A stretch of DNA of 64,000 nt from Gemmatimonadota bacterium (GCA_021295785.1 JAGWBR010000004.1:5889-69888); one strand, 5' to 3'. Shown: positions 28,529-37,570, counted from the stretch's first letter. Numbers and translations are program-made. The notes: generated by a model from the letters alone, not told the origin.

Positions 28529-29080
28529 TCACAGAAACCGCCGTACCCTCTTCCGATACTCCCGGTACGCGTCCCCGTACTGCTCCTCAAGCCACGGCTC
28601 TTCGGCGAACGGCGCGACAATGAACACCAGCGCGATGAGCAGGTGCGTAATCCACAGGAGCAGCGAGTTCGCGATTACGCTCACGCCCAGGAAAAGCACG
28701 ATGTCGCCCACGTATTGCGGGTTCCGCGTAAACCTGTGCGGGCCGGTGGACACAAACCCGCCCTTCAACCCACTCGTGTTCTTCCAGCCAATGGCGACCA
28801 TCCCCCACACGGCCAGCAAGCCGCCGAGCACTACCATCGGGATCCCGACGACGAACCGCAGCGGGCTCTGGAAGATCCAGGAGTTCCAGTACATCAGGAG
28901 CAGCAGGGCGTTGATCCCGCACACCGTATAGAAGCCCGCCCAGTTCAGCACGTACGGCCACGAACCACGGCCGCGCGGCGGCGGCCACAATCGCTTTTCC
29001 GGGATCGCCACGGACCAGATTGCCGCCGCCAACATGCCCAGAAGGATCACGACGGCCACGCCGAATAGAATGTTGGACAT
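28529..29080 (-). CDS. isoprenylcysteine carboxyl methyltransferase (ICMT)/phospholipid methyltransferase family membrane protein
   Basis: 183 aa with 4-5 TM segments and a C-terminal motif: GPHRFTRNPQYVGDIVLFLG ... EEPWLEEQYGDAYREYRKRVRRFL. Confidence 0.75.
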   Translation of the reverse strand: MSNILFGVAVVILLGMLAAAIWSVAIPEKRLWPPPRGRGSWPYVLNWAGFYTVCGINALLLLMYWNSWIFQSPLRFVVGIPMVVLGGLLAVWGMVAIGWKNTSGLKGGFVSTGPHRFTRNPQYVGDIVLFLGVSVIANSLLLWITHLLIALVFIVAPFAEEPWLEEQYGDAYREYRKRVRRFL

Positions 29081-29092
29081 GCGCGCGACCTC

Positions 29093-29416
29093 CTACCGGT
29101 TCGGGTTCGGCGCCATCGCAACCAGCAACACCAGGTTGCCATCGGACTCGTTCGCGACGCCGTGCGGTTCGTCCGGCTCTGACCACGCCACCGCGCCGGG
29201 GCCCAGGACTTCGCTCCGGTCGGCCACCGTGAAGCGGCCTGCGCCCTCTATCACATAGTAGAACTTCGTTGCGCCCGCATGCGTGTGTACGTGCTGGGCC
29301 TGCCCGGGACCCAGGCAGTAGACGTCGCAGAACATCTGATCGGTCTCGAAGAGGTTGAGCTTCTGCATCTTCTCGGCGGAGAAGTGGCGCCGGCGGGTGG
29401 AGTCGACGATTCCCAT
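29093..29416 (-). CDS. cupin-domain protein
   Basis: 107 aa with cupin motifs GQAQHVHTHAGATKFYYVIEG and GAVAWSEPDEPHGV. Lies 12 nt upstream of the ICMT-like gene. Confidence 0.65.
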   Translation of the reverse strand: MGIVDSTRRRHFSAEKMQKLNLFETDQMFCDVYCLGPGQAQHVHTHAGATKFYYVIEGAGRFTVADRSEVLGPGAVAWSEPDEPHGVANESDGNLVLLVAMAPNPNR

Positions 29417-29626
29417 GAATGGCCTCGGAAGTGGGATGGATGAGCGGAAACATGCTCCGATGGGACGCCGCCGGGAAAGTGCCAGATGCCAGAGCGCCCG
29501 CGGGCACCCATGTCGAAAGACGATACACCAACGCCAGTCCTGTCGTCATACCGGAGCATCGGAGCAGCACACATGACCTTCCTCCGCCCCACCTCTCTCG
29601 CCCCGGTCCCGCCGCCCAGAGTCCGC

Positions 29627-29644
29627 AAAACCGGCACCTCCGGC
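29627..29644 (-). terminator. hairpin (GCCGG-AGGTG-CCGGT) followed by a T-run on the minus strand, ~40 nt after the stop at 29682
   Basis: Read directly as + strand AAAACCGGCACCTCCGGC. The short stem makes this only a plausible operon end. A 266-nt gap follows before the cupin gene. Confidence 0.3.
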
Positions 29645-29681
29645 GCTCGTTTGGACTGCCGTGCTCGCGAAGAACAACCGC

Positions 29682-31340
29682 TCACAGGAGTATGCAGTCC
29701 TGTATGTACTTGCGTGATCTCCTGCCGTGATTCTGGCTACCTCCAGTCCGTTGGTCGGCCAGCACCGCCTTCGCCGCCATCATCCCCGGCCGGCCGGTGA
29801 TCCCAGGGCCGGGATGGCTGCCCGCGCCGCCCAGATACAGACCGGGCACCGGGGTCCGGTACTGGGCGCAGCTTCCCGCGGGCCGCATGAAGAACCACTG
29901 GTCCAGTGCCAGTTCTCCGTGCTGGGTGTCGCCGCCGGTCATCCCGAACCGGGCCTCAAAATCCTCGGGCATGAAGACCCCCACATGCCGGATTCGGTCG
30001 TGGAGCCCCGGCATCCACCGTTCAAGTACCCCCAGAACGGCTTGCGTGGCGGTCTCGCGGGCTCGGTCGGGCTCCAGCGCTCCGTGCGGGAAGTACTGGG
30101 CTGATACCGAAAGCAAGTGCATGCCCGGAGGCGCGAGAGACGGATCCGGTCCGGTGACCAGGGTGGCGTCCACGACCGGCGACTGAGAAAATCCGCCGTA
30201 CTTGGCCGCGTCGTACGCGCGCTCGACGTAGTTGATGCTCGGCGCGGCGCGGACGGTCGTGCCGCTCTGGAACGCGGCGTCCAGAGCCGGGTCGCCGGTC
30301 GCGGACAGCCCGTCCAGGGCAATCGCCAGCGTGGCCAGCGAGCCTCGGCAACGGATGTTTGCCGCGGAGCGGGCCAGGTCGGGCGGCAATTGCGCGGGGT
30401 CGACCAGATTCAGCAGCGTGTGTCGTGGGCCGGCGCAGGAGAGAACGGCGCGCGCGGCGATCTCTCCTCCCGCGACGAGGCGAACACCGGCCGCGGCACC
30501 GTCGCTGATCAGAACCTCCGCCACGGGACTGCCGGTCACCAATTCCGCCCCGGCCGTGGTCGCCCGCTCCGCCAGCACCGCGGCCAGGCGGGCCATCCCG
30601 CCCCGGACGCGCCACTGGCTGCCGGCCGGCGACCGACCGCAGGCGGCACCGTGCAACAAGCCCAGGGCCGTGGCTCCCCCCAAGGGGCCAAGCGTGATGC
30701 CGGCCACGCCTTCGGCGGCCAGCGAACCGGCCACGATGTCGCTCTCAAACCACTCGGCCAGGAGTTCCTCCATCGACATCGGGAGCATCCTGGTGGTTTC
30801 CAGCGCCTCCTTCTTGCCGACCCTTCGCAGCCGAACCCCCGCTCCGATCAGGTGGCGGAGGCCGGTGCGGCGGATGCCCGCGGGCACAAGCGGCACCTCG
30901 CGGTACAACACTCTCAAGACCCGGCCTGCATTCTCCACGGCCTCCAGGAATGCCGGCCACCGGGCCGCGTCACGCGCCGAGAACCTGGCGATGTTGCGGG
31001 CGGTCACTTCGGGGTCGCGGTGGAACAGCAAGGCTCCGCCGCCGTGTGATCCGTCCGCGCCTGCGTCTCCTGACAGCGCCGCCACGGGAATTTCCGGCCG
31101 AATCAGGTCAACGGCCCCGTCGATCTCGAGTTCGCGGACCACGTCGGGGTCAAGCCCGACCGCCCGGGTGGTTCCCGTGTCAACGAGGTAGCCGGGCCAC
31201 AACTCCTCGGTAACCAGGCACCCGCCGGGTTCGGTGCGTCCGTCAACCACGGCAACGCGAAGACCGGACCTGGCCAGCAACGCGGCGGCGACCAGGCCGT
31301 TGTGGCCGGCACCGATCACGACCACATCCTGACCGTTCAC
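29682..31340 (-). CDS. FAD-dependent oxidoreductase, CrtI/amine-oxidase fold, diverged PYROXD2-like paralogue
   Basis: ORF 29682..31481. The GTG at 31340 overlaps the upstream stop (GTGA) and gives VNGQDVVVIGAGHNGLVAAALLARSGLRVAVVDGRTEPGG (Rossmann GxGxxG). The C-terminal part GGDTQHGELALDQWFFMRP...LYLGGAGSHPGPGITG parallels the upstream paralogue. Confidence 0.75.
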   Translation of the reverse strand: MNGQDVVVIGAGHNGLVAAALLARSGLRVAVVDGRTEPGGCLVTEELWPGYLVDTGTTRAVGLDPDVVRELEIDGAVDLIRPEIPVAALSGDAGADGSHGGGALLFHRDPEVTARNIARFSARDAARWPAFLEAVENAGRVLRVLYREVPLVPAGIRRTGLRHLIGAGVRLRRVGKKEALETTRMLPMSMEELLAEWFESDIVAGSLAAEGVAGITLGPLGGATALGLLHGAACGRSPAGSQWRVRGGMARLAAVLAERATTAGAELVTGSPVAEVLISDGAAAGVRLVAGGEIAARAVLSCAGPRHTLLNLVDPAQLPPDLARSAANIRCRGSLATLAIALDGLSATGDPALDAAFQSGTTVRAAPSINYVERAYDAAKYGGFSQSPVVDATLVTGPDPSLAPPGMHLLSVSAQYFPHGALEPDRARETATQAVLGVLERWMPGLHDRIRHVGVFMPEDFEARFGMTGGDTQHGELALDQWFFMRPAGSCAQYRTPVPGLYLGGAGSHPGPGITGRPGMMAAKAVLADQRTGGSQNHGRRSRKYIQDCILL

Positions 31341-32974
31341 GAACGCCCCCGTCTGACCTTCAGGTCGCGCAGCACCTCGAGCGCTGCGAGTCGTCCCGGA
31401 GCCCCGCACACGCCGCCCCCCGGGTGTGCTCCCGAGCCGCACTGGTAGTAGCCCCGCACCGGAGTGCGGAAGTTGGCCCACCCCGTGACCGGCCTGAACA
31501 GGAACAGCTGTTGAAGCGTGAGCTCGCCGTGGAAAATGTTGCCCTCGGTCAGCCCCATCTGCTGCTGCATGTCCAGCGGTGTCATGACCTGCCGGTGCAG
31601 GATGATGTCACGGAGGCCCGGCGCGAATTCCGCCAGAGTGTCGATCACGGCGTCGCCGAAGGCGTCGCGCTTCACGCGGTTCCAGCCGCCGTCCAGGGCG
31701 AACGGGGCATACTGCACGAAAACCGACATCACGTGTTTTCCGGGCGGGGCCATGGTCGGGTCGATCATCGACGGAATCACGATGTCCATGAAAGGACGCC
31801 GCGAGAACCGCCCGTATTTCGCGTCATCGTAGGCCCGCTCCAGGTAGTCCACGCTCGGGCTGATGGAGATCGCCCCCCTCAGCAGGGTTTCGGCTTCGCC
31901 GGGGGTGCGAGTCAACGAGCCGCCGGCCCCGGCCAGACAGGTGAAACGGGGCAGCTCGGACAGCGCGAGGTTGACCTTCCCCGATGACCCCCGGATCCGA
32001 AACCGTTGAATTGACTTGACGAACTCGCCGGGAAGGTCGCTCTGATCGAGCAACTGCAAGAACGTGCGTTTCGGATCGAGACCCGACAGCACGACCCGCG
32101 CGCCGATTTCCTCGCCGCCCTCCAATACGACACCCCGCGCCCTGCCGCCCGAAGTGATGACTTGTTCCACCGGGGCCGATGTGCGGATCTCGGCTCCGAG
32201 CGACCGTGCCGCCGATGCAATTGACTCGCTTACCGCGCCGTTTCCACCCCGGGCGAAGCCCCAGGCCCGAAATACGCCATCGATTTCGCCCAGGTAGTGG
32301 TGCAGAAGAACGTATGCGGTGCCCGGAGTCCGGGGGCCGGCGAAGGTCCCAATGATCCCGCTGGCCGACATCGTGGCGATCAGGGGACCGGTCTCGAACC
32401 ACTCGCTCAGAAAGTCGGCCGCGCTCATGGTGGTCAGCTTGAACAGGCGCTCGAAATCGGCTTCGTCCAAACCGCGGACCGCCCGGGCAAGTTCCCGAAT
32501 CGTTTTGGCGTCCCTGACGCCCGGCCGCAAGGGGTTCGGGGGCACGGTGGAGAGCAGAGGCTTCAGGGCCCAGGCCAGCTTGTACATGCAGCGCGAAAAA
32601 TCCGCGTAGGCGTCGGCGTCGCGGGGCGACCACCGGGCGATCTCGCGCCTGGTCTGATCCGGGTCCGACCAGCGCGCCAGACTGTCTCCTCCCGGCAGTG
32701 GGGTCAGCGTACTCTCCAGCGGCAGAATATCCAGCCCGTGTTCGGGCAGGCGCAGGTCGCGGATGATCTCGGGTCTGAGAAGGCTGACAACGTACGAAGC
32801 CACCGAGTACCTGAACCCGGGGAAGACCTCCTGAGTTACAGCCGCCCCGCCTACCAGGTGCCGCCGTTCGAGAACAAGCACCTTGAGGCCGGCGCGAGCC
32901 AGGTACGCCGCGGATACCAGGCCGTTGTGGCCGCCGCCCACGATGACGGCGTCATGATCCCCGCGAATGCTCAT
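31337..32974 (-). CDS. PYROXD2-like FAD-dependent oxidoreductase (CrtI/amine-oxidase fold)
   Basis: 545 aa with DAVIVGGGHNGLVSAAYLARAGLKVLVLERRHLVGGAAVTQEVFPGFRYSVASYVVSLLRPEII, YVLLHHYLGE, AWGFARGGNGAVSESIA, GNIFHGELTLQQLFLFRP and CGSGAHPGGGVCGAPGRLAA. From memory it is collinear with animal PYROXD2. Confidence 0.75.
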   Translation of the reverse strand: MSIRGDHDAVIVGGGHNGLVSAAYLARAGLKVLVLERRHLVGGAAVTQEVFPGFRYSVASYVVSLLRPEIIRDLRLPEHGLDILPLESTLTPLPGGDSLARWSDPDQTRREIARWSPRDADAYADFSRCMYKLAWALKPLLSTVPPNPLRPGVRDAKTIRELARAVRGLDEADFERLFKLTTMSAADFLSEWFETGPLIATMSASGIIGTFAGPRTPGTAYVLLHHYLGEIDGVFRAWGFARGGNGAVSESIASAARSLGAEIRTSAPVEQVITSGGRARGVVLEGGEEIGARVVLSGLDPKRTFLQLLDQSDLPGEFVKSIQRFRIRGSSGKVNLALSELPRFTCLAGAGGSLTRTPGEAETLLRGAISISPSVDYLERAYDDAKYGRFSRRPFMDIVIPSMIDPTMAPPGKHVMSVFVQYAPFALDGGWNRVKRDAFGDAVIDTLAEFAPGLRDIILHRQVMTPLDMQQQMGLTEGNIFHGELTLQQLFLFRPVTGWANFRTPVRGYYQCGSGAHPGGGVCGAPGRLAALEVLRDLKVRRGRS

Positions 32975-34200
32975 GCGGGGGTCGCCCGCTTCCGGCGAGG
33001 GTTGAAGAAGGGCGTCTTGACCACGCGAACCCCCACCCGGGCCGGCCGGTGTTCCACGGTGATCTGCATTTCCAGATTGGTGCCGACCGGCCCGTGCGAA
33101 GCCTCAATATGCGCCAAGCCGATGTAGCTCTTGAGCACCGGGGACCAGGTTCGACTGGAGGCGTAACCCACCTGCCGGCTCTTGTGAAAAAGGGGGGCAC
33201 TGGAGCGGACCGCGCCGTGGGGAAGAAGTGGGGGCAGCCCCGCGCGCCAGAAGACCCTTTCCAGAGAATCCCAATCGATCGCGATTCCGCAAAACCGCCA
33301 CCGCGGGGGCTCGCCCGTCTCGGCGCGGAGGGCCTCTTTCCCCACGAAGGCCGGCTTGTCGAGGTCCACCGCCCAGCCCAGCCCCATCTCAAAGGGAGAA
33401 GATCTCTGCGCCCCGATCAGGGCTTCATGCGCCGGCACATAGTCCGTGTGGACAAGGGGGAGCGCCGCTTCAATCCTGGCGATGTCCAGAGCGGCCAGTC
33501 CGGCCGGCGCAATGCCGAAATCGCGTCCGGCCTCAATCAGTGTGTCCCACACCGCGCAGGCCCCGTCGGCGGGCATCCACAACTCGTAACCGAGGTCGCC
33601 GGTGTATCCGGTGCGCGAGATCCACGTTTCAACGCCTCCCAGAGGGGCGCGGGTCAGACCAAAGTAGCGCGGAGAACCGATTGCGCGGGCACCGGCGGCG
33701 GCGAGCACCTTCCACGACAGCGGGCCCTGGAGGGCCAGGGCAGCGGTGCCCTCCGATTCATCAGACACCGACACGTCCAGACCGCGGGCCAAGTCCGTGA
33801 TCCACCCCAGGGTTGGCTGGGCGGAAGTAAGCCGGTAGTCATCTTCGCCCAACCGCTGCAGGGTCCCGTCGTCGCGGATCTTTCCGCGCGCGTCGCACCA
33901 GGGGCTGTAGAGGACGCGGCCCGTGGCGAGGCGGGTCACGTCTCTGGTCAGCATCCTGTCGGCCAACGCCCTCGCCCCCGGGCCGGTCAGCCGGTACTTG
34001 AAAAGGGGGGAGATGTCGAAGAGCGCCGCCGCGGCCCGTACCGCGTGGTACTCGCGGTGGTGTGAGGGCTCGTAGGAATCGGCTGCCAGAAACCCGCTCC
34101 AGCGCCGCCAGTTCGACGTGCGGCAGAGCGGACCGGTGCGGGAGTGTAAAGGGGTGGGGAGGGCGGCCGAGACGCCCGACCTGTCAGGGAGGTTGCTCAC
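32971..34200 (-). CDS. aminomethyltransferase (GcvT) family folate-binding protein
   Basis: 409 aa with LFDISPLFKYRLTGPGARALADRMLTRDV, ALQGPLS, ISRTGYTGDLGYELW, AGLAALDIARIEAALP. The architecture is typical of GCV_T plus its C-terminal barrel. ATGA overlap with the downstream gene (32971-32974). Confidence 0.8.
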   Translation of the reverse strand: MSNLPDRSGVSAALPTPLHSRTGPLCRTSNWRRWSGFLAADSYEPSHHREYHAVRAAAALFDISPLFKYRLTGPGARALADRMLTRDVTRLATGRVLYSPWCDARGKIRDDGTLQRLGEDDYRLTSAQPTLGWITDLARGLDVSVSDESEGTAALALQGPLSWKVLAAAGARAIGSPRYFGLTRAPLGGVETWISRTGYTGDLGYELWMPADGACAVWDTLIEAGRDFGIAPAGLAALDIARIEAALPLVHTDYVPAHEALIGAQRSSPFEMGLGWAVDLDKPAFVGKEALRAETGEPPRWRFCGIAIDWDSLERVFWRAGLPPLLPHGAVRSSAPLFHKSRQVGYASSRTWSPVLKSYIGLAHIEASHGPVGTNLEMQITVEHRPARVGVRVVKTPFFNPRRKRATPA

Positions 34201-34237
34201 GGAAGCCAGCGACTCGGCGCGGTTCGCGGTCGGTCAG

Positions 34238-35365
34238 CTACCAGCGCAGCGCGGTCTCGGCCAGCACCCGGGCCAGCAGAACGCACGAACCGATGTCGAC
34301 CCATTCCACCTCGGCGTGCGCGCCGCTGCCGCTTGGCCCCATCACCACCGAATCGACTCCCGCTGCCTGCGTGAGGGCCGAGTCCATCCACGGAGAGTCG
34401 CCGGTTACCTCCGGGGCGACGCCCAGAACCCGTTTAGCCGCGCGGCGCAGACAGCGGACGACGGGTGCGTCGGGTGATGTCTCAAACGGCTCGCGGCTGA
34501 ACAGGGTCCGGCGCGAGGTCCGCAGCGACGGATCCTCGGCCCGGAGCCCTTCGAGCAGACGATCGATCTCGGACTCAACTCCTTCGACGGTTTCGGGCGG
34601 GACAGTGCGCCGTTCGATGTTCAGAACGCACCGGGCGCTGTAGGTGCTCAGCCCGGTTCCCCCATGCACGGTGGCGGCGTGCAGCGACGGCGGGCCAAGC
34701 AGTGGATGCCCTGCTTGCGACTGCAGGCGGTCGCGCAGGGTTTCAAGCTCGCCCAGTACCCGGCCCATGCGGATGTTGGCGTCGTCGCCCAACAAGTAGC
34801 GACTGCCGTGAGCCGCCCGGCCGTGCACCGTGACCTCGATCCAGACAAATCCCCGGTGCGCCACGCACAGCTTGAGCGAAGTGGGCTCGGTTACGATGGC
34901 CGCGCCGAAATGCAGCTCTCCGAGGTCGCGGCGGCGCAGCAGGTCGGCGGTGCCCAGGCTCTCGTTCTCTTCGTCGGACACTGCGGCGACCACCAACCCG
35001 GCCGGCGGGCGTTGTTCCGCATCGGTCAGCATCGCTGCTGCTTCGATACACGCAGCCAGCGCACCCTTCATGTCGTAACCACCGCGCCCGTGGAGTCGCT
35101 CTCCTTCGATTCGCGGCTCGAACGGGGCCTCCATCTCATCCACGCCTACCGTGTCGTAGTGGGCGTTGAGCATGAGTGGTTGGGTCCCGCCGGCAGAGGC
35201 ACCGCCCCCGGCCGGCGGTAACGAACCCACCACGCTGGGGCGGTCAGGGGCACCGGGCGGTGAAAACACCGCGGTCTCGAGGCCCGCCGCCCGCATCAGC
35301 CGCTGGGTGACTCGTGCGATTTCGGCTTCGCCTGCCCCGCCGAATGCCGGATTCACGGAGTTCAC
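34238..35365 (-). CDS. M20-family metallo-deacylase/peptidase (ArgE/DapE-like)
   Basis: 375 aa with LMLNAHYDTVG, HGRGGYDMKGALAA and AAVSDEENES. The family-typical N-terminal helix (RERLTAALSELVAVNSVNP) extends upstream of the GTG at 35365, in frame, up to a TGA at 35438-35440. Only CTG/ATC codons are available there, so the true start is unresolved. Confidence 0.75.
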   Translation of the reverse strand: MNSVNPAFGGAGEAEIARVTQRLMRAAGLETAVFSPPGAPDRPSVVGSLPPAGGGASAGGTQPLMLNAHYDTVGVDEMEAPFEPRIEGERLHGRGGYDMKGALAACIEAAAMLTDAEQRPPAGLVVAAVSDEENESLGTADLLRRRDLGELHFGAAIVTEPTSLKLCVAHRGFVWIEVTVHGRAAHGSRYLLGDDANIRMGRVLGELETLRDRLQSQAGHPLLGPPSLHAATVHGGTGLSTYSARCVLNIERRTVPPETVEGVESEIDRLLEGLRAEDPSLRTSRRTLFSREPFETSPDAPVVRCLRRAAKRVLGVAPEVTGDSPWMDSALTQAAGVDSVVMGPSGSGAHAEVEWVDIGSCVLLARVLAETALRW

Positions 35366-35418
35366 CGCTACCAGCTCCGAAAGCGCGGCGGTCAGCCTCT
35401 CGCGATTCGGCGTGACGC

Positions 35419-36786
35419 TCAGGATTCGGACCTGCCGTCAGCGCCCCCGGAATGCGCGGCGACGTGAGCGGCGTTGTGCGCGGCGATCCTGTGGCCCAGC
35501 TCCCGCGCTCCGGCCACTGCCGCGGCCGGGTCAACGGTCAGCAGCTTCCGGCCGCGCATCACCCAGGTCCCCTCGATCATCACATCCGTTACGTCCGCCC
35601 GCCCAACCGTGTATGCCAGCAGCGGCCAGGGGTCGAACGCCGGCGTCAGGTGCACGCGGTCAAGGTCGATTAGCACCAGGTCCGCGCGGTGCCCCGCGGT
35701 GAGCCTCCCCGTGACTTCTCCCAGGCCAATGGCGTCCGCCGCTCCCGCGGTGGCCATGCGAATGGTCTGTCGGGCCGGAGTCAGCAACGGATCCTGGTGC
35801 ACGCCCCGCTGAAGCAGGCCCGCGACGCGGATCGCGGTCCACATGTCGAGGTCGTTGGAACTGACCGCCCCGTCGGTGCCAATCGCCACCGGAATGCCGC
35901 GGTCGAGCATGCGCGGCACCTCTGCAATACCGGAGCCCAGCTTCAGATTGGAGAGAGGGTTGTGGAGCGCGCCCGCCCCGCTTTCGGCCAGCAACCCGAA
36001 GTCTTGGTCGGTCAGGTGGACCAGGTGGGCCAGGGCGGCAGCTCCGTCGAGTGCGCCCAAATGGTGAAGGTGGGCAAGCGGCGTGCGCCCGAACCGGGCA
36101 ACCGATCCGGCCACCTCCGCCTCGGTCTCGGCGCAGTGCGCGTGAAAGACGGCTCCGTGTCGGTTGGCCAGCTGCCTCGCGAGGCGGATCCGTTCGGGAG
36201 CCACGGTCAACACCTGGTGGGGTTGCACGGCGGGGTGGATCAGCGGCTCGCCCGAGTACCTCTCAAGCCACAACTCGCCGTGCGCCGGGCGTTCCTCGGC
36301 GGCGACTCCGTCGGGCCCCTCGAAGTCGAACATGATCGGTCCGGTCGATAACCGAAAACCGGCGGAAATCGCCGCGTCCGCGGCGGCTTCCGGAAACCAG
36401 AACATGTCCAGCGCCGAGGTGATTCCCCCGCGGATCATCTCGGCGATGGCAAGGTCCGCCCCCAACCGAACGGTGTCATACGACAGGAACTGCCTCTCGG
36501 ATACCCAAAGGCGCTCCAGCCAGGGTTCCAGCGGCAGATCCTCCACCAGGCCTCTGAACAAGGAGTCGCCCATATGGGTGTGCCCGTTGACCAGGCCCGG
36601 CATCAGGATGTGGCCGGACGCGTTGACCGTCTCCAGCCGGACCTGATCCAGTTGGGCGAAATCGGAGACGGGTCCCACTCGTTCAATCTTGCCGCCCTCC
36701 ACCAACACGGCTCCGCCTTCAATGACCCGGTCGGCCGCGTCCATGGTCACGACGAGGGCCCCGGTGATGAGGGTTCGGACCGCCAC
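35419..36786 (-). CDS. amidohydrolase of the MtaD/TrzA/SsnA deaminase group (adenosine/MTA/SAH-type deaminase candidate)
   Basis: ORF 35419..36891. The GTG at 36786 lies 1 nt after the upstream stop and gives VAVRTLITGALVVTMD. Further motifs: LMPGLVNGHTHMGDSLFRG (HxH), FHAHCAET, IGTDGAVSNDLDM. Confidence 0.7.
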   Translation of the reverse strand: MAVRTLITGALVVTMDAADRVIEGGAVLVEGGKIERVGPVSDFAQLDQVRLETVNASGHILMPGLVNGHTHMGDSLFRGLVEDLPLEPWLERLWVSERQFLSYDTVRLGADLAIAEMIRGGITSALDMFWFPEAAADAAISAGFRLSTGPIMFDFEGPDGVAAEERPAHGELWLERYSGEPLIHPAVQPHQVLTVAPERIRLARQLANRHGAVFHAHCAETEAEVAGSVARFGRTPLAHLHHLGALDGAAALAHLVHLTDQDFGLLAESGAGALHNPLSNLKLGSGIAEVPRMLDRGIPVAIGTDGAVSSNDLDMWTAIRVAGLLQRGVHQDPLLTPARQTIRMATAGAADAIGLGEVTGRLTAGHRADLVLIDLDRVHLTPAFDPWPLLAYTVGRADVTDVMIEGTWVMRGRKLLTVDPAAAVAGARELGHRIAAHNAAHVAAHSGGADGRSES

Positions 36787-36787
36787 G

Positions 36788-37570
36788 TCAGCTATTGGGC
36801 GCGCGGAGCGGGTTGGCGAAAACGGCTTCGGGGAGTGCCCGGACCGCTTCCACAACCACGTCCAACATGGCCGAAACACCATCTCTGACAATTTGCCGGT
36901 CTGGGTCGTAATCGGTCATCAGAGGGTCGTTTTCCTCGACCAGATTGCCGTCCACGGTCAAGATTCCGGCGGCGCGCGCGCCGTGCATCGCGGCGACGAC
37001 CAGCAGCGACGCCAACTCCATTTCGACGGCCAGCGCCCCGTGGGGCGTGTACTTCCGCCACGGGGGAGGTTGCCAGCCGCTGTAGAAGTTGGCGGATGTG
37101 ACCACCAGTCCTTCGTGGCAGGTGGCGCGCAGGTCGGTCGCGGCCGCGGCGAGCGCGCTCGAAAGATGGCGGTCGCACGCGGCCGGGTACGCCAGCGGGA
37201 TCAGGGGTTCGCTGGCGCCGTCTTCGCGGATGGCCCCGGTCGCCAGCACCAGATGGCCGTCGCGAATCCCCGGCTGGAGACCGCCGCACGTGCCCGCCCG
37301 GATGAACACCCGGGCGCCGCCGTTCAACAGCTCGAAGAAACAGACATTCGCCCCGCCCGCGCCCACGCCGTGCGAGCACACGGTAACCTGCCTGCCGTTT
37401 ACCGACCCAGCGAACGTATGGTACTCCCGACTGGCACCCACCTGGCGACTGTCGTCGAGGCGGGACGCGAGAGCCGTGGCGCGTGTCGGGTCCCCGACCA
37501 CCAACGCCACCTCGGCGATGTCTGCCGTGGAGCACCCGAGAATGGCCAGCCGGTTGTCTGTGCCAGTCAT
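36788..37570 (-). CDS. nucleoside phosphorylase, NP-I (DeoD/Udp-like) family
   Basis: ORF 36788..37603; ATG at 37570 gives MTGTDNRLAILG. Motifs GDPTRATALA, REYHTFAGSVNGRQVTVCSHGVGAGGA, FIRAGTCGGL and AVEMELASL match my memory of hexameric purine/uridine phosphorylases. Confidence 0.7.
   Translation of the reverse strand: MTGTDNRLAILGCSTADIAEVALVVGDPTRATALASRLDDSRQVGASREYHTFAGSVNGRQVTVCSHGVGAGGANVCFFELLNGGARVFIRAGTCGGLQPGIRDGHLVLATGAIREDGASEPLIPLAYPAACDRHLSSALAAAATDLRATCHEGLVVTSANFYSGWQPPPWRKYTPHGALAVEMELASLLVVAAMHGARAAGILTVDGNLVEENDPLMTDYDPDRQIVRDGVSAMLDVVVEAVRALPEAVFANPLRAPNS

Noticed and set aside
28324-28623. A 99-aa ORF and a CTTCTGGCCAGAAG palindrome (28485-28498) in the 206-nt gap between convergent genes.
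   Set aside because: The ORF is Arg/Pro-rich with no RBS and overlaps the ICMT-like gene end. The palindrome has only a 5-bp stem if folded and a distant T-run, so I do not call a terminator or gene.
9405-32974. The squalene-synthase-like gene plus two CrtI-fold genes as a carotenoid/hopanoid pathway.
   Set aside because: The genes are 20 kb apart on different strands. The CrtI-fold proteins resemble PYROXD2 rather than phytoene/squalene desaturases. No cyclase or hpn genes are present.
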